Positions 36,831 through 50,410 are shown, counted from the first letter of the stretch. The stretch: DNA of 64,000 bases from Mytilus californianus (GCF_021869535.1 NW_026262701.1:28086001-28150000), one strand, 5' to 3'. Numbers and translations are program-made. Notes: a model not told the origin generated them from the sequence alone.

Positions 36831-37507
36831 TTAGATAACAGTGGTTTTCCCATTTTCTACAAACAAAGTTTGCTCCTTTGAGCCCTTTTTCCTTTTAGGT
36901 TTTTTCTTCTTTATACTTCCATTTTCATTCTTCTTTGTACTTCCGTTTTCATTCGGAACACTGTCGTACTTATCCTTGTTACATCGTTTGTATATCAGGT
37001 ATGGGACAGTAATTAGAAACAATGGAAATGGAGTCATGACAGCAGAAGCGATTGGTGCCACAGCTGCAATAAATCCATCTGGTGGTGGAAAAGCATACAT
37101 CATTAGAATAATAGCAATTCCTGTATTCTGCATCCCTGTCTCAATTGCAATAGTCTTCACGCGCTGCCATGGTAATCTAAATATGAAAGCTATCAAACCA
37201 CCCAAAAGGTATCCAAAATACGGCAGTAAACAACCAGCCAATACTATTTTTGGCTTAAAAAGTTTAAAAATATAAAGATTTGAGTAGATACCAACAGTTA
37301 ACAGAAAAACAATACAAACAACGGTTACTGGTGTTATTACCTTTACTATGACCTTCGTTACTTTTGGAAGTTTTTGATGTAAGAAAACTCCTACAAACAG
37401 TGGAGCTATCAGTATCAACAACGTTGTAAATATATTGAGAAATGGAACTTGGATTGTGCTATCTATGAACTGTTGTCCCAGTGTGTATAGCCACATCGGC
37501 ATCATTC
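36831..37507 (-). CDS. SLC10: SLC10-family Na+/bile-acid cotransporter-like gene 1, coding exon 3
   Basis: Acceptor TTTTGCAG|GA ATG; phase 1 completes Gly; MMPMWLY..LLPYFGY..KTIAIETGMQN; stop at 36831. Confidence 0.93.
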
Positions 37508-39508
37508 CTGCAAAATATATATGTATTATATAAGTCAAAATGGTGACACTCTGAATGCCAAGATATAAACAATATAAAACAATATGACCACCATAAAAAG
37601 TCACATTTATTTCTGTTATCATTTCGACTGATGTTAGAAGATAAGCAAGTTAGTCACACTCACATTTAAAAGTTCCCGCTCATATTGTAGCATTAGGTTC
37701 ATGAATTCATTATTGAATGCTTGAAAATCAAGTTTAATCATACATATTTCAGTCTTTAGTTTTCTGTGTTGTGTTTTGAGTACTATTTTTTGTCTGTTTG
37801 TCTTTTTCGTTTTTAGCCATGGCGTTGTCAGTTTATTTTTTACTTATGAGTTTCAATGTCCCTTTGGTATCTTTCGCCTTTCTTTTCTTCACGTGTTCGT
37901 CCAAAGTCAGGAAAATCGTCAGTGGATGTCTAGTTATATTTTTTTTGTCTCTAATGAATTTGATGCTGATGGCAGATCTTTAATAGTCCCTGTTCAGTTT
38001 ATTCACTTTTTGATACTCGCGTCTAATACTACGTTTATATACTCGCGTCTAATTAGAGCTTGGCATACCGTATAGACACATGTCTATAGTTGCAGACCGT
38101 ATGTTATAACTTAAATTCTAAATGTCTTTCTCTTTTTTGTGTCGTTGGGTTGCTGTCTCAATATCTATTTTTTAATTCACATCTAGTACTGCCCTGTATG
38201 TTACAATATTCCTTGTGTCTCGACAATAACTTTCAAATATCAAACTTTCCCGAATGGAAAAATTTCGTATCTTGCTAGATACTGTGATTGAATCTATATG
38301 TATGTTATAAATGTCAACGAGTACTCCAGTCCTGTTATTGAAAGCGAATTGGATACTCGATTAGTTGAATTTCAAAAAATAACATACAGAAAATTAAAAC
38401 AAAATGTACATTAAATCCTTGAATGTTTGACAAAGTTATGGATGTTTTAAAAAGATTAACCACATACTGTAACTAAATGTTAACTGCAAAACACTAAGTT
38501 CATTTATCAACAAAATACCGAACAACGAGACAAAAAAAATCAAAAATTTTGTTTCAGATGCAACTTGATCATGTAGTAGGCGAGAGAAAAGTCGAACATT
38601 AGAACAAAATTGTGTCATTGTATAAAACCTCCAACTCATGCCTATAAAACCACATGGAACAACTGATTAAAGATGGAAATTGTTTCGTGACATGATTTTG
38701 ATTTAGCTGCTTACTAAGTAATATATTTTTTTATTATTCAGACATTTTAGGATACTGAAGTTATTGAACTCTACAGTGCCAGAGTAGCACCATAAAAAAC
38801 ACACCTAATCAATTGGTTTGTTTCTCCTTTGACTTGGACGTTTCATGATTTTAGTTTTGGTTAATATACAGTAATTCTAATCAGTAGGTAAGACATCTTG
38901 AAAGCATGCACACATGTATTTTCCCTATCTCGATACCATAGAACTCATGGCAACAACTGAAAACGAATTGATTATTTTATTCTTTAATTTTTACAATGAA
39001 ATCACAAAAAAAAAATCTTTTTTTAATTTGATTTCATGAGTAACATATGGTCTGACTAAAAATCCCGTATTGAGTATTCCTTTTTATACATAATTATATC
39101 AGCTTGTGAAGTCTTTCCAACTATTCATGTCTTAAATCTAAAACTTATTGCGGAACTGAGTACCAACTTGGAAGACAAGCTTTATTTCTATATTTCATAA
39201 GAAATACAAATAAATGCCAGCAAAAACGAAATTCATTCATTAAATCCTTATTTGTTCTTTTTCTTTCGCTGCGTCCTTTTTTGTTTTTGTTTTGAAAGAT
39301 GTTTTAGTCTTTTCGTTTGCTTTGATTAATTGTTAGTAGAATATCTATTGGACAGACCTTATGTAAGAAAAAAAGATACAGGTGTCTGCCTATCGCTGTG
39401 GACCACAGAAGAGTTCCATGATAAATAAAATATGTTGTCTGTTATTTTCTCAAAAGTATATTCCATATCTTAAAACATCTTATGAACGGATGTATTCCTT
39501 ATACTCAC

Positions 39509-39683
39509 CCAAAGCCATGATAGTACTTAGTGCTGTCATGGTGATAGACAGAGAAACATCCCCGCCGAGGAGAAATGAGTAAATATTACTGGATCCGCCA
39601 CCTGGACAACAAGCGGCAACAAATATACCAAGCGCTACATCCGGTCGGTCAGCAGTCACCAGCTTGGCTATTGCATAACCCAA
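39509..39683 (-). CDS. SLC10: SLC10-like gene 1, coding exon 2 (175 nt)
   Basis: TTTTTCCAG|TTG..TTG G|GTGAGT; LGYAIAKL..CCPGGGSSNIYSFLLGGDVSLSITMT. Confidence 0.95.
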
Positions 39684-40086
39684 CTGGAAAAAAAATCGAA
39701 TGGATTTTGAACACATCAAAGGAAAGATACAAAAGAACATTTAAGTCCTATATTAAAGTATACCCCAATATGGACCCTAAATAGAAAATTAAATGTGTAA
39801 TTGAACATTTCCTTTTTTATTTTCTATTTTACTATATAACATTCTTTATAGATAATTTCTTATGTTTTTTTAAATGGTAATACTCGACATTATTGTCAGG
39901 AACAAAATCCAACATAATATGACCGCGCGCCGCGACAGACCGTCCTTTGTATAAAGCTAGCGTTTAAGATAAAACGTGCATATTTGTGCCAGAGCCAAAT
40001 TATCTTGCATTATATGTTCTATTTGAACATTTGTTTTGCTAGAATAGTAGTTACTTATACAATAAATAAAAATTTAAAGTCAGAAT

Positions 40087-40269
40087 CAGGGACGGATTCA
40101 GGCGGGGGCGTGGCGGATGTGCGCCCCCTAAAATTAGCAAAGCATGGGTTGTCCTCAGCTTAATAAAGAATATTTCGATAATTTTACCTCAAAAATATTT
40201 TCGCCTCGCTCCGCTCGGCAAAAATTTAAGTTCGCGCCCCCCTAAACTAAAATCTTGGCTCTGTCCCTG
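40087..40269. mobile_element. ~183-bp MITE, CAGGG-type imperfect TIR, in intron 1
   Basis: CAGGGACGGATTCAGG ... TCTTGGCTCTGTCCCTG; no matching TSD seen. Confidence 0.5.
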
Positions 40270-40870
40270 ATAATGTGACCAAAAGTAAAGAAAAACTGCC
40301 TGTCTCAGTAAAATCCTTTATCGGTGTTTTTTAAAGTTTAATTATTATTTGATGTGTCCACTACATATCACAGAAGTATTTTGTTATAAATAAATTCATC
40401 CCTGAATCGAGTAGATCTGCGTGGTTACTATCACTTACCACTCCAACCGGATTACGACACATTGACTGAATGGGTCTTTACAACCATCGTTCGATTTATT
40501 GATACCCCGGTCCTTTGATATTATTTTGCCGAAGGATACATTTATTGGACATTTCCATCTTTGTACGTGCATTCTATACATTTATAAATCTGTTTCATAA
40601 ATCTAAATGAATTGATCTCTAGAAGTATAAATGCTACATTTATCATTTATTGATATTAAGATGCAGTTTATCAAGTTGTAAAATGCACACACAATTTAAT
40701 AAAAATCCGAAATACCGTCCGATGTATATATAAACAAATTAATTCACTTGACAAAATTACTGTCAACAGACTCATTTAAGTTGTTCAATGTACTCAATAT
40801 TCAAAGGGTATTTAAACCGAATGGTACAGGTCTTTATGAAATAAAGATGTAAAAAACCGTGTCAATATAT

Positions 40871-41702
40871 TAGGGATGTCAACGAGTACTCGAGTACTCG
40901 ATTATCGCTCGGTAGTACCGAGTATCGATTACCAAAATGATACTCGACTAATCGGTTTCCTGTTAGAATGTTGTTTCTCTCCCAAGTTTAAACAAAGAAA
41001 TATGTTTGTTAAGAGCAAAAATTATATATTAATCAAAATTAATAAAAAGCAGAATACGATTCGAATGTTTGCGTTAAACTGTCATTTAAAATTCCTCCAA
41101 ACAGAGGTACATGTATGATATATGAACAAGAGCATTTTTCCAAGGCTTACACTTTTAGCTAATCTTAGTCACTCCACCACCTCTGTACCGACATATATTT
41201 TCATCAGCAGGACTATTAGTTACCTAAATAATTTAAGAAATCGTTACGTCCCAGAAAAAGTTAACAAGATAAAATATTTAAATAAGAACAAATTCGTTGC
41301 ACCCTTTATCGACCCTTAGAAAATGATTAATGGCATCAGTAAGGTCTAATCATCACCCATTTGTTGATCATTAAATGTGTTTTTTTGCGGTTCCCAAATA
41401 GTGTTGTTTGAGTAGTAATTTTTGTAAAGATATTAATTAATTACTTCAATAGATTATTTCCGGTTTACATAATTAGTACATGCAGTAAATGCAAATGAGC
41501 TATTAATTATGGTGAACAATTATCTAGTCCTATGTAAGAATGTTGAGGTTTTACGATCCGAAGAAAACGACCCACAATATACAAAATGGATATACTTTTC
41601 TGTTTCCATTTTGTTAATGATTAATCGAGCAAGTACTCAAGTATCGCTCGGTAAATCCAACGAGTAATCGATTAGTAAATCTTCACCGAGTTGACGTCCC
41701 TA
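40871..41702. mobile_element. 832-bp hAT-type MITE in intron 1
   Basis: TIR TAGGGATGTCAAC / GTTGACGTCCCTA; exact 8-bp TSD CAATATAT (40863-40870 and 41703-41710); subterminal TACTCGA/CTCGGT repeats. Confidence 0.9.
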
Positions 41703-43070
41703 CAATATATTAAATAAGACCATGACATACAAACATGATATCTATTTACAAACTTTCAAAGCGTATCAGGTTATTTAAACATATACATGTATGTAAATTA
41801 TACATGTACAGTAGTCAACATTGTACATGCATGTGAAAAACACGTGACAATGAATGACATAAGCAGGAAAAATAAAAAACGTGACGTTTCAAATACAATT
41901 ACGATTCATAGATTGAGTTCCAATATCCAGCGACCAATATTCCAGACAGTGAGACGAAAATGTTAATTGTAGTACTATATATATTCAATTGTATTGTATG
42001 ACCCGACCCTAAGGGTTGACTCGGGTATAGAAATACGGTCGTCCCTTGTTCTTCTACCGACCGGCAGTTAACTCCTTGCCAAAGTTGAGTGTCTGTTTGG
42101 CTGTGCGGGATGTATAAATTCTGAGCCACGTCTGGTTACGTTAAATCCGATACATCGCATAGAGAAATAGACATGCTTTCTGCATGTTAAAGAACAATTG
42201 CAACAACTCTATGAGGAGTCCGTATAATACCTGTTGCATTGCAAAATATCTGTCCCTATGCAACATGCTCTATGTTTCTAGTGGCTGTTCAAATTTCCCG
42301 CCCTTCATCCCTGTCGACCCCTACCTTGCAGAACCTACCTGTTGTATGTATTTGTGATTTGTTCTCGTCCCAAACATGCATGAAATAATTGCCACTGGAA
42401 GTATCAATCAATCGATTATATGTCTGCTTATAATTGATGTTCTGTTAGAAGTAAACTGCTGCAATTGTTTGCGCCTGTCCTAAGTCAGGAATCTGATGTT
42501 CAGTAGTTGTCGTTTGTTGATGTGGTTCATAAGTGTTTCTCGTTTCTTGTTTTTTATATAGATTAGATCGTTGGTTTTCCCGTTTGAATGGTTTTACACT
42601 AGTAATTTTGGGACCTTTTATAGCTTGCTGTTCGGTGTGAGCCAAGGCTCCGTGTTGAAGACCGTACTTTGACCTATAATGGTTTACTTTTATAAATTTT
42701 GACTTGGATGGAGAGTTGTCTCATTGGCACTCATACCACATCTTCTTATATCTATGTCATTACAAATAAGGGATCTTAAATGTGAATGGACGTCATATGT
42801 TAATTGAATCTTTCTGTAAAATGAAGGTAGTTTTTCGAATATTATGCTGTGTGGTTTATTACTGAATCCTTAATGCAGTTCAGTCACGTGGGTTCAGTTT
42901 TGTTTGTGCTACCGACTTTGTGGGAAATCTGGCCTTTTAACGGCCTTAAGCCGAACTGTATTTGTATTTACATCCACATTTAAAAGGGCAAATATGTATT
43001 AATCTAGTTTCAATGTATTTGCAAAACAATCATACATTCAAGTTGTTTTAATAGTTTATTTGGCACTCAC

Positions 43071-43814
43071 CATCGGCATGATAATGAACTGACATCCTAA
43101 GCCTATACATGGTGCTAGCGGACGCTTGATATTTTCTTTAACGACCTCAAGGTCTAACTTTGCCCCGAAAGCAAGTGTAATGAAAATCATGAAAACGTAA
43201 ATAATGACCCTGAAAGCAGTATCAATAGTTCTCATGGGTCGTAGGATTATAACTGGTACTTTTGTTACATCTACCATATCTTCAGTTATATTATGTTGTA
43301 GGTCAAGGTCATTATAGCTATATAAATTAAACGTTATAAAAGTTCTCCCAAGCAAATCTGAATTCGTATATAAAGTGTGTGTCCCTTGTACAACATAACG
43401 TTCTTTTTCTTTCTGTAATTTATCACCAACTGAATACGACGGACCAACAACAGAACCGTTGGTCAGTGACACGAGAGGCATAAGTACCAAAAGTCTGTTT
43501 CTGCAATCAATAATGACGTCATTAGTTTCAACATTCACAAGGTTAGCGTCGTCAGCTTTAGCTCTCATGACATATTTTAAAGTCTCATCGTCACACTGTA
43601 CTGTATAATTGAAATATTGAGGTGCACGGTCTTTTCCAATGAATACCATAACAACACCATGTGGTGGGGGTCCTTTTACACTTAGAATTCCCGATGCATT
43701 AATCATGTCTAGTGGCACCATCGGGTCCCCCATAGACATATCTGAAACTGCCCGTGACAAACTAAGAGGTATCAACATATGATGAAGTAAAATGATTTTG
43801 CATGACATATCCAT
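43071..43814 (-). CDS. SLC10: SLC10-like gene 1, coding exon 1 (signal peptide, extracellular domain, first TM helices)
   Basis: Start ATG at 43814 (or 43808) is inferred. ..GRTFITFN..FGAKLDL..KRPLAPCIGLGCQFIIMPM|GTGAGT, phase 0. Spliced CDS 744+175+677 = 1596 nt, 531 aa. Confidence 0.9.
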
Positions 43815-46419
43815 TATGCTAGTTTGCAATGTTCTGATTAAATGACAAACCTCATTCAAGCACTGGTAATATAACTACACCAGAATTATTTACATATTTA
43901 ACGGGTCATTGCTTCTTATCATTGACATAAATGTGAGGTCTTTGTTCTTAATCCGTTTTGTATCACTCAAATAATATTTCTTCTCTCTTACTTTCAGTTC
44001 AGGTATATTATGAAGTCTATTGCTTTAAAATTTTATGATGTTAAAATAATTGAATTAAAATTTGTCGGCAAATGTCACAAAGAATAAAAACAGCCAAAGG
44101 TCATGGAGATTATGAAATGAATAGGGTAATTTGAATCAGTTGTTGGTCGTTTAAAGTACTTTCAAACTAAACATGCAAGTTCAGTATGAGAGAAAAACTA
44201 ACTATAAATTAATACAATAGGTAGATCATGTAAAGAGGGTTTGACTGGGATCAGTGGCGAGCATTCAAATATCTATTCTAGCAAAGGGGATTTAAGTCAA
44301 GAATGATGTAATATAATTTTATTTGGTACATGTAATATATAACTACTCTATTTCTGAAGAAATATAAAAAAATTATCGTTTAAAAAAATGAATTGACTTG
44401 CATTAAATCTAAAATTGGGTTCACAGACATTCGTGTACTTCAAAAGATAACCAGAGTACTGATTTTGACTAATCACGGTAAACGTTTTCCAATTATAACG
44501 GTAACGGTTAAATAATTGAACCTCTGACGGATAATGATAATTTGACGACTCACAAAATAAATTTAATCAAGTTGACGCTAACGATAGTCGAAAATTACCA
44601 TTTGACTCCTGACGCTAAAAGACATTCCAACCCGCTTGAGAGACCACTAGGATCACTTATTACAACACAGAGGCGATCTGACACATGAAAAGACCAATAT
44701 ATATATATATATCTGCTTTATATTTTCATTGCATTGAATTTTAATTTTCTATTTCTATTTTTATTTTCATTTTATTTTAGTATCATCCCTCAACAATATA
44801 TGATACAACATTACACTACCCCTCAAAAGGTTGTTCCAAGGGTTCTTAGCGTGCAGAGAGCGTGGCACTCTCTCCACGCCGGCCATAGGATTTAACGTCA
44901 CAATTCTGACAGATGTGACTGCGAATTTATACGTCCCGCACAGCCAAATGAATACCCCACAAGGGTGTACTGCCAGTGAAGACCATATCTCTATACCCCT
45001 AGTCAACCCTAGGAGTTGTCGATACAGTGAAGTCAGCACATATTGGCTACATCATTTCAAGTATTCACATCAATAGATATACGAATAGAGAGAGATATTT
45101 AAGTAGACATGGTTTGTCATTGAGTTTTATACCAAGTTAACATAGTTTGAAACAAATTTGGTTATATATAAATATAATGATACATAAAAAAGGACTAAAA
45201 TGTTAAAATCTATAAAATCAAAAAAGATGTATGGCCAGTTTCCCCTGAAATCATTTCACGCTAGGTATGTTTTTTTAATGTTTTATCGTCGTTTCTATTA
45301 CAGCATCACAGCTTGTTGTGAGTTTTAGGTTGTAACAAAATAATGTTGTATATCTGAATATATTACCTAGGTATTAATGCTTTTATCTTTTATCTAGACT
45401 GTTGTGAATCACTTTTTTGTATGGAAAAACTTCAGAAAGGGGCAAAAAATAAAAATTGTAATAAATAAATTAATATTTTCAACAATCAAAGCAATGAATG
45501 AATTACCTCATTTCCCATAAAAGTACAGTTACATATAGTTATTAAGAACATATATCTGAACATAGCTATAAGCCACAATTATTACATACACGTGTTTCAC
45601 ATTTATAACTTTGATAAATTTATATGATATTTTTAATATTAAGATTTTTAATGAGTTAAATAGTTGATCAAATACATATTTTAAAGGATTTGACCAACAG
45701 TAATGCATGTGCTAAAAATTTCTTTCTTTCTAATTCAAATGTTGTACAATTCATAATGAAATGATACTCATCACCAATGTCGTTTGAGTCAGAGAGACGG
45801 GAGACTGTATTCTCTCTGTAAACCCTGCCATCTCACAGACTCAATCGGCATATAATGACTACTTCATCTATATTTGCAGAACCTAGATGATATGCTTATT
45901 CTGTTGATAATCCCGAGTTTATTAAACATGCTGAATACAGGCAAATAAAGCTAATAATCACAGTCAATATTGCCTCACCTTAGACATAACTGTATTGGTA
46001 TAAATTGGAAAAAGAGATGATTTCAACTTTGTCAAAAAATTTATTTCCCTTTCAGTTTAGATGGCGATGTTTTTTTGCCTTAACCTTACATTTACACAAA
46101 AGTTACTTTTATAGTGTTACAGATACAGGTATTTCTCAACCTCCTTTCAATTGTAATATAGTAACAAGCACTACAAACAATGAAAAATGATATATTTAAA
46201 CTCGGGGAAAATTCTAACATAGTTTCTTTCCTTCGATGATCTGACAATTTAAAAGTTCACTGGCTCTAAATAAACTCATCATAGATACCAGGATTGAAAT
46301 TTTATCTAACAAATACTGACGATTTTAATTAAATTTTATGATGATACTTTATGAAAGCTGTGAGAACTCAACCAACAACTATACGACTACCTTAGCTAGC
46401 TTTCTGTAATAGCAAGTAC

Positions 46420-46570
46420 AGTTTGATCCTGCTGGTCATCCTGTTTGTACAGGGTTTTGTTTTGTGTGTTTTACTTTAACGACATTGGATCTAGATAGGC
46501 AAAAGGGGTGGGGGGTGGGGGGGGGGGGGGGGTGCAAATAACACTGGTTTAACTCCACCACATTTTATAA
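46420..46570 (+). repeat. PLE-tail-type fragment with expanded poly-G run (46505-46532)
   Basis: G-run followed by ..TGGTTTAACTCCACCACATT, equivalent to TAGGGGGAGGGTTG..TGTTTAACCCCGCCGCATT at 28430-28472. Confidence 0.5.
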
Positions 46571-46741
46571 AACAAATATACATGTTGATAAGAAAACAGA
46601 TGAAAAAATGGTTTGCTTGTTTATATTCATTATTGTCTATACTTAAAATTTTCTTACTTCCAATTTAGGAGCCCGAACACATGAAAGTTCAGACATTTCA
46701 TTTTTATAAAACATATATATACAATTAGTTCACATTACAGC

Positions 46742-46850
46742 GGCTCTTTTCACAAAAAATTCTTACGACTAAAATTTATCGTAAGTTATACTAAAATTTT
46801 TCATGACTTGCGAGTATTTTTTCTCGTAAGATTGTTTTGTGAAATGAGTC
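46742..46850. mobile_element. MITE, second copy of the 21468-21575 family
   Basis: GGCTCTTTTCACAAAAAATTCTTACGACTAAAA ... CTCGTAAGATTGTTTTGTGAAATGAGTC. Confidence 0.7.
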
Positions 46851-48044
46851 ACTGATTTACAAAACAATGATCATTACATGCAACATGCATGGACCCGCCG
46901 CTAATTGTTCATGTGAAACTCTTTTTCAGCTAATTTTATTTACCAGTCGTGTTATTGACTTTGTCTGCTTTGCCGCCTCTGGCTTAAGATTAAGGTGAGA
47001 AAATACTTTTTGACAACAATAGTTTATCAATTTATTTTTACTTGTCAAGACACAAACTGCAAATTTAGTGAATACTTTCAATTGATACTTAATGTAATCT
47101 GCTTTTAAAACATTTCAAAATTGCGAAATGTTACCTGCTTATGTCTGCTATTTTTTTTGTCATAGCTTAAAACCTTTCTTGTATTAAAGGTTTAAATACT
47201 TTAAATTTTCAAAAATGGACAGAAGTCCATAACAGAAGTTCTTCTAGAAACTTTGTCATAAACAATGCTATAATATCTGTTTCTATTGGAACAAATCTTC
47301 TATACCCTTATTCCATTAGGACTGTAATATTTTTTTCCAGAGAAAAATTTAATTTTCCGGAATATTTCACCCATTTGGACCTAATATTATAAAGGAACCT
47401 CTATTTTATAACAGCTGTACCAGTATATAATTTGTGATGATTTTTGGTATTCAAATTCCAATTATTTTCGCAAACTTTCATCATGACACCCCAATGTGAA
47501 AATATCATGTAGCCTTCTGATGAGATTTTATCGTTCTGATGGATGTAGAGTGACCCTGGACGCAGTCCGAAATTAATATTCTTTCTGGCCAGTGGGTAAA
47601 GACAAAGTAATGTATTGACCGACCTGCTGATCGCTGTGTTCTATGTGAAATGATAAAGAAATGAATCATCAAAGGGTGGTAAGGAGGGTAACCTTATACA
47701 ACATAACAACAAATAGAAAAGAAATTGTTTAAACAAAGTACATGCATATGTTAAAAGATCTTTATTAAAAGGTAGGTCATAGCTTTTGAATAGTATGATG
47801 CTATAACAAATCAAATGTAACCTTTTCATGTAACTACTAAATCAAATACAATTGGTGTGTTTAGTGCAGAACTTTGTATTGAAAAAAATATCAGTAAGTA
47901 CACTTAAGAGGATGTATATAAAGAAAATCCAAATGATCTTTTTCTATTTTGAGATGATTTCTGATTTGTTTTCAAATTCTCTAATTTATCACAAGTGATG
48001 TTGATTAACTTTTCACAGTTTTTGATGTGGTCATTCCAACTACT

Positions 48045-48400
48045 ATCAGTCACCGAGGGTATCATCAGCTCAGTAGTCAGTGCTGACATGATTTAAAAAA
48101 AAAACCTTTTTAAAATTGCCCGTTTAAGAATTAAAAATTATAAAGAAACTAAGGTTTCAACTCCCTCAAGCAAAACTGACCTTAGAAGGTTTTGGCTATT
48201 TTCTAGGTCATTTTTGTTCTTATAGCTCTTATAGCTCTTTAGCTGTTTCGGTTGTTATACATTCCTGGCTTTCAAATATCTGCTTTGAGCGTTCCTGCTG
48301 GCGGTAAAACCAGAGAAGTGCTTCGGACGCATGAAACTTATTCCAGGAAAGTGCCTCGGATGCATGAAATTTTAAAAGTGTTGTCTTCATTTTTTAAATG
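48045..48400 (+). mobile_element. ~350-nt retrozyme-like monomer (type 2) with degenerate hammerhead at ~48288-48330
   Basis: GCGTTC-CTGCTGG-CGGTAAAACCA-GAGA-AGTGCT-TC-GGACGC; upstream body resembles 23340-23440 and 34650-34810. Confidence 0.55.
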
Positions 48401-48644
48401 CTTCGAAATTCTGTTTAATATGTACAAAGGGACTGTGAAATCGACGATTTGATGATATGAATATAACAGCGGTCAGCGGATTTATTTTCTGTCTAAGTCA
48501 TTCAAGTATGAAAAAAACTTACGATTTTATAGCGCGAAAGGTGTCACGACGTTACAATTGTTTCTTATTTTTTACCCTCTTTTCACTCTAGATACCGATA
48601 CTAATTAATATCTCATAAATTGAAATAACATTTTATAAATTTGT

Positions 48645-48690
48645 TGCGCCCGAAGCGCGTCTCTGGATTTACCTACACCAGGTAAACGCA
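48645..48690 (-). ncRNA. Degenerate hammerhead-like motif (type 2)
   Basis: Reverse complement TGCGTTTAC-CTGGTGT-AGGTAAATCCA-GAGA-CGCGCT-TC-GGGCGCA. Confidence 0.45.
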
Positions 48691-49419
48691 CTAACCCAAC
48701 AATTTGAAAACTAATGGTGTACTAATACCACCACATTAGACTTATATGCCGGTGACAAAAAAAAATCTAAAAGGAAGTCAAATCGATCTAAGATTAACTT
48801 TACCTGAGGAATTGAAGTTTGATTCAATCGGTAGAACAAACAATCGACATACATATACAGGTCTTTTCAGATAGAAGAACATAAGATCCGGCTGAAATTT
48901 GTGCAAATCAAAACAAACATCCCCTACTTCCTAAAAGTGGAAAATGCAATTTTGAAGTTCCGTTTCTCTATTTTGCTGATGCAGAGTTGTAATTGTAATA
49001 TGGTCGAGAATCCAGTGGTTTTAATTGGTAACTCTTGCTATTCCGGGCAGAGAGAACTGTAAACGTAAGTAGAAAAGACAAAAACACAAGTTGGCACAAC
49101 TCGCCTTACTGGGGTAGATATGGCAATGTCAAAGTTTTGTTTGGGAAACATAAAAACCAAACCAAAACCTTCTGAAAGCTTTTTAAACTTTAATCTACTG
49201 ACTTAATAGTTCAGGGAAAATTTTTGGTGCAAAGACCAAACGGAGAGAAAATTACCGAAGAAAAGCGATCACTATGACTGCAGTTTACTGAACAGGTAGA
49301 ATACAAAAATCGATCGAGGATACTATAACAGCGCCGAGCATACGTTTGATATATAACACTTTTATTAGAGCCGCAACTATTCTGAAAATGCAAAATGACT
49401 CTTATGCAATTTCTTTTTT

Positions 49420-50410
49420 TACGATAAGAAACCACCTTAGCAAGTTTGGCTGTACCTGTAAAAAACTTATTTCAGACGGAATAGCACATCCTAAATTTTA
49501 CGGGGATGTTGTTTACCGAGCCCGGAAATTTATATACGATCCAGGTAAACTTATCAATCCTTTAAATAAAATTATTAGAAAAGGTTACCAATTCAACACT
49601 TTAATTTGATCTTTGAATATTGTTTTTATTGGTATAAATATTGATTTTGTTATCAGTAAATTAAAATCATACTAAATAGGTTTGTTATACACATATGCAC
49701 TTTAACGGTACTACAATCTGTTGATACCTTCATTTTGGCATGATTGCACAAGGTCATGTTTTCTCTGACTGTTAATAACGTCTTTCCACTAAATCCAATG
49801 GATGTTGGATGTGTACTGATTGATATTTTAGTCTTAGATACAAGATTTTTTTATTAGTTGTTATTGGCTTTTAATTAGCTGTCAGTAACTGCGAGTACTC
49901 TCAAATCTGTATTTAGTGTCCTTTTTGTTGTTAGGGATGAGGGATGGATAAATACCCTGCCCCTTCCGGTCTGTGTTTATGTTTGATGTTTTTCTGCTTT
50001 GTATCGATCTAATGAGTTAAGCTTTTTCAATAGATTTTGATAGTTTGTTCTTTTGTTGTGCTGTTACACCACTGTTCCAGGTAAGGTGAGGGTTGAGCGC
50101 TCACAAACATGTTTAACCCCGCCACATTCTTTATGTGCCTGTCCCAAGTCAGGAGCCTGTAGTTCAGTGGTTGTCGTTGGTTCATGTCTGTCATATTTTT
50201 TTTTCGTAAATTTTTTTGTTATAAATTAGGCCGTTAGTTTTCTCAATTGAATTGTTTCATATTTTTCATGTAGGGGCCTTTTATAGCCGACTATACAGTA
50301 TGGGTTTTTCTTATTGTTGAAGGCCGTACGGTTGCCTATAATTGCTTTCTTCCACTTTATTTGAACTTTGGTGGATAGTTGTCTCATTGGCAATCATACC
50401 TCATCTCCTT
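49420..50410 (+). mobile_element. PLE RT C-terminus plus 3' region
   Basis: KFGCTCKKLISDGIAHPKFYG..KLINPLNKIIRKGY aligns to the 27684 ORF end; tail has the TGTCCCAAGTCAGGA box and TTGTCTCATTGGCAATCATACC end. Confidence 0.75.

Noticed and set aside
43815-43859. ATG at 43859 as the start of SLC10 gene 1
   Set aside because: It adds 15 residues ahead of a signal-peptide-like segment; ATG 43814 or 43808 fits better with gene 2's immediate signal peptide. Not proven without 5' transcript data.
47517-47545. Other CTGATGA hits as hammerheads (47517+, ~13127+, ~20275-, ~48065-, ~57037-, ~61033-)
   Set aside because: No helix II followed by GAAA and no helix I complementarity.
49000-49420. Hydrophobic - strand frame as a GPCR/transporter remnant
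   Set aside because: No diagnostic motif and multiple stops.
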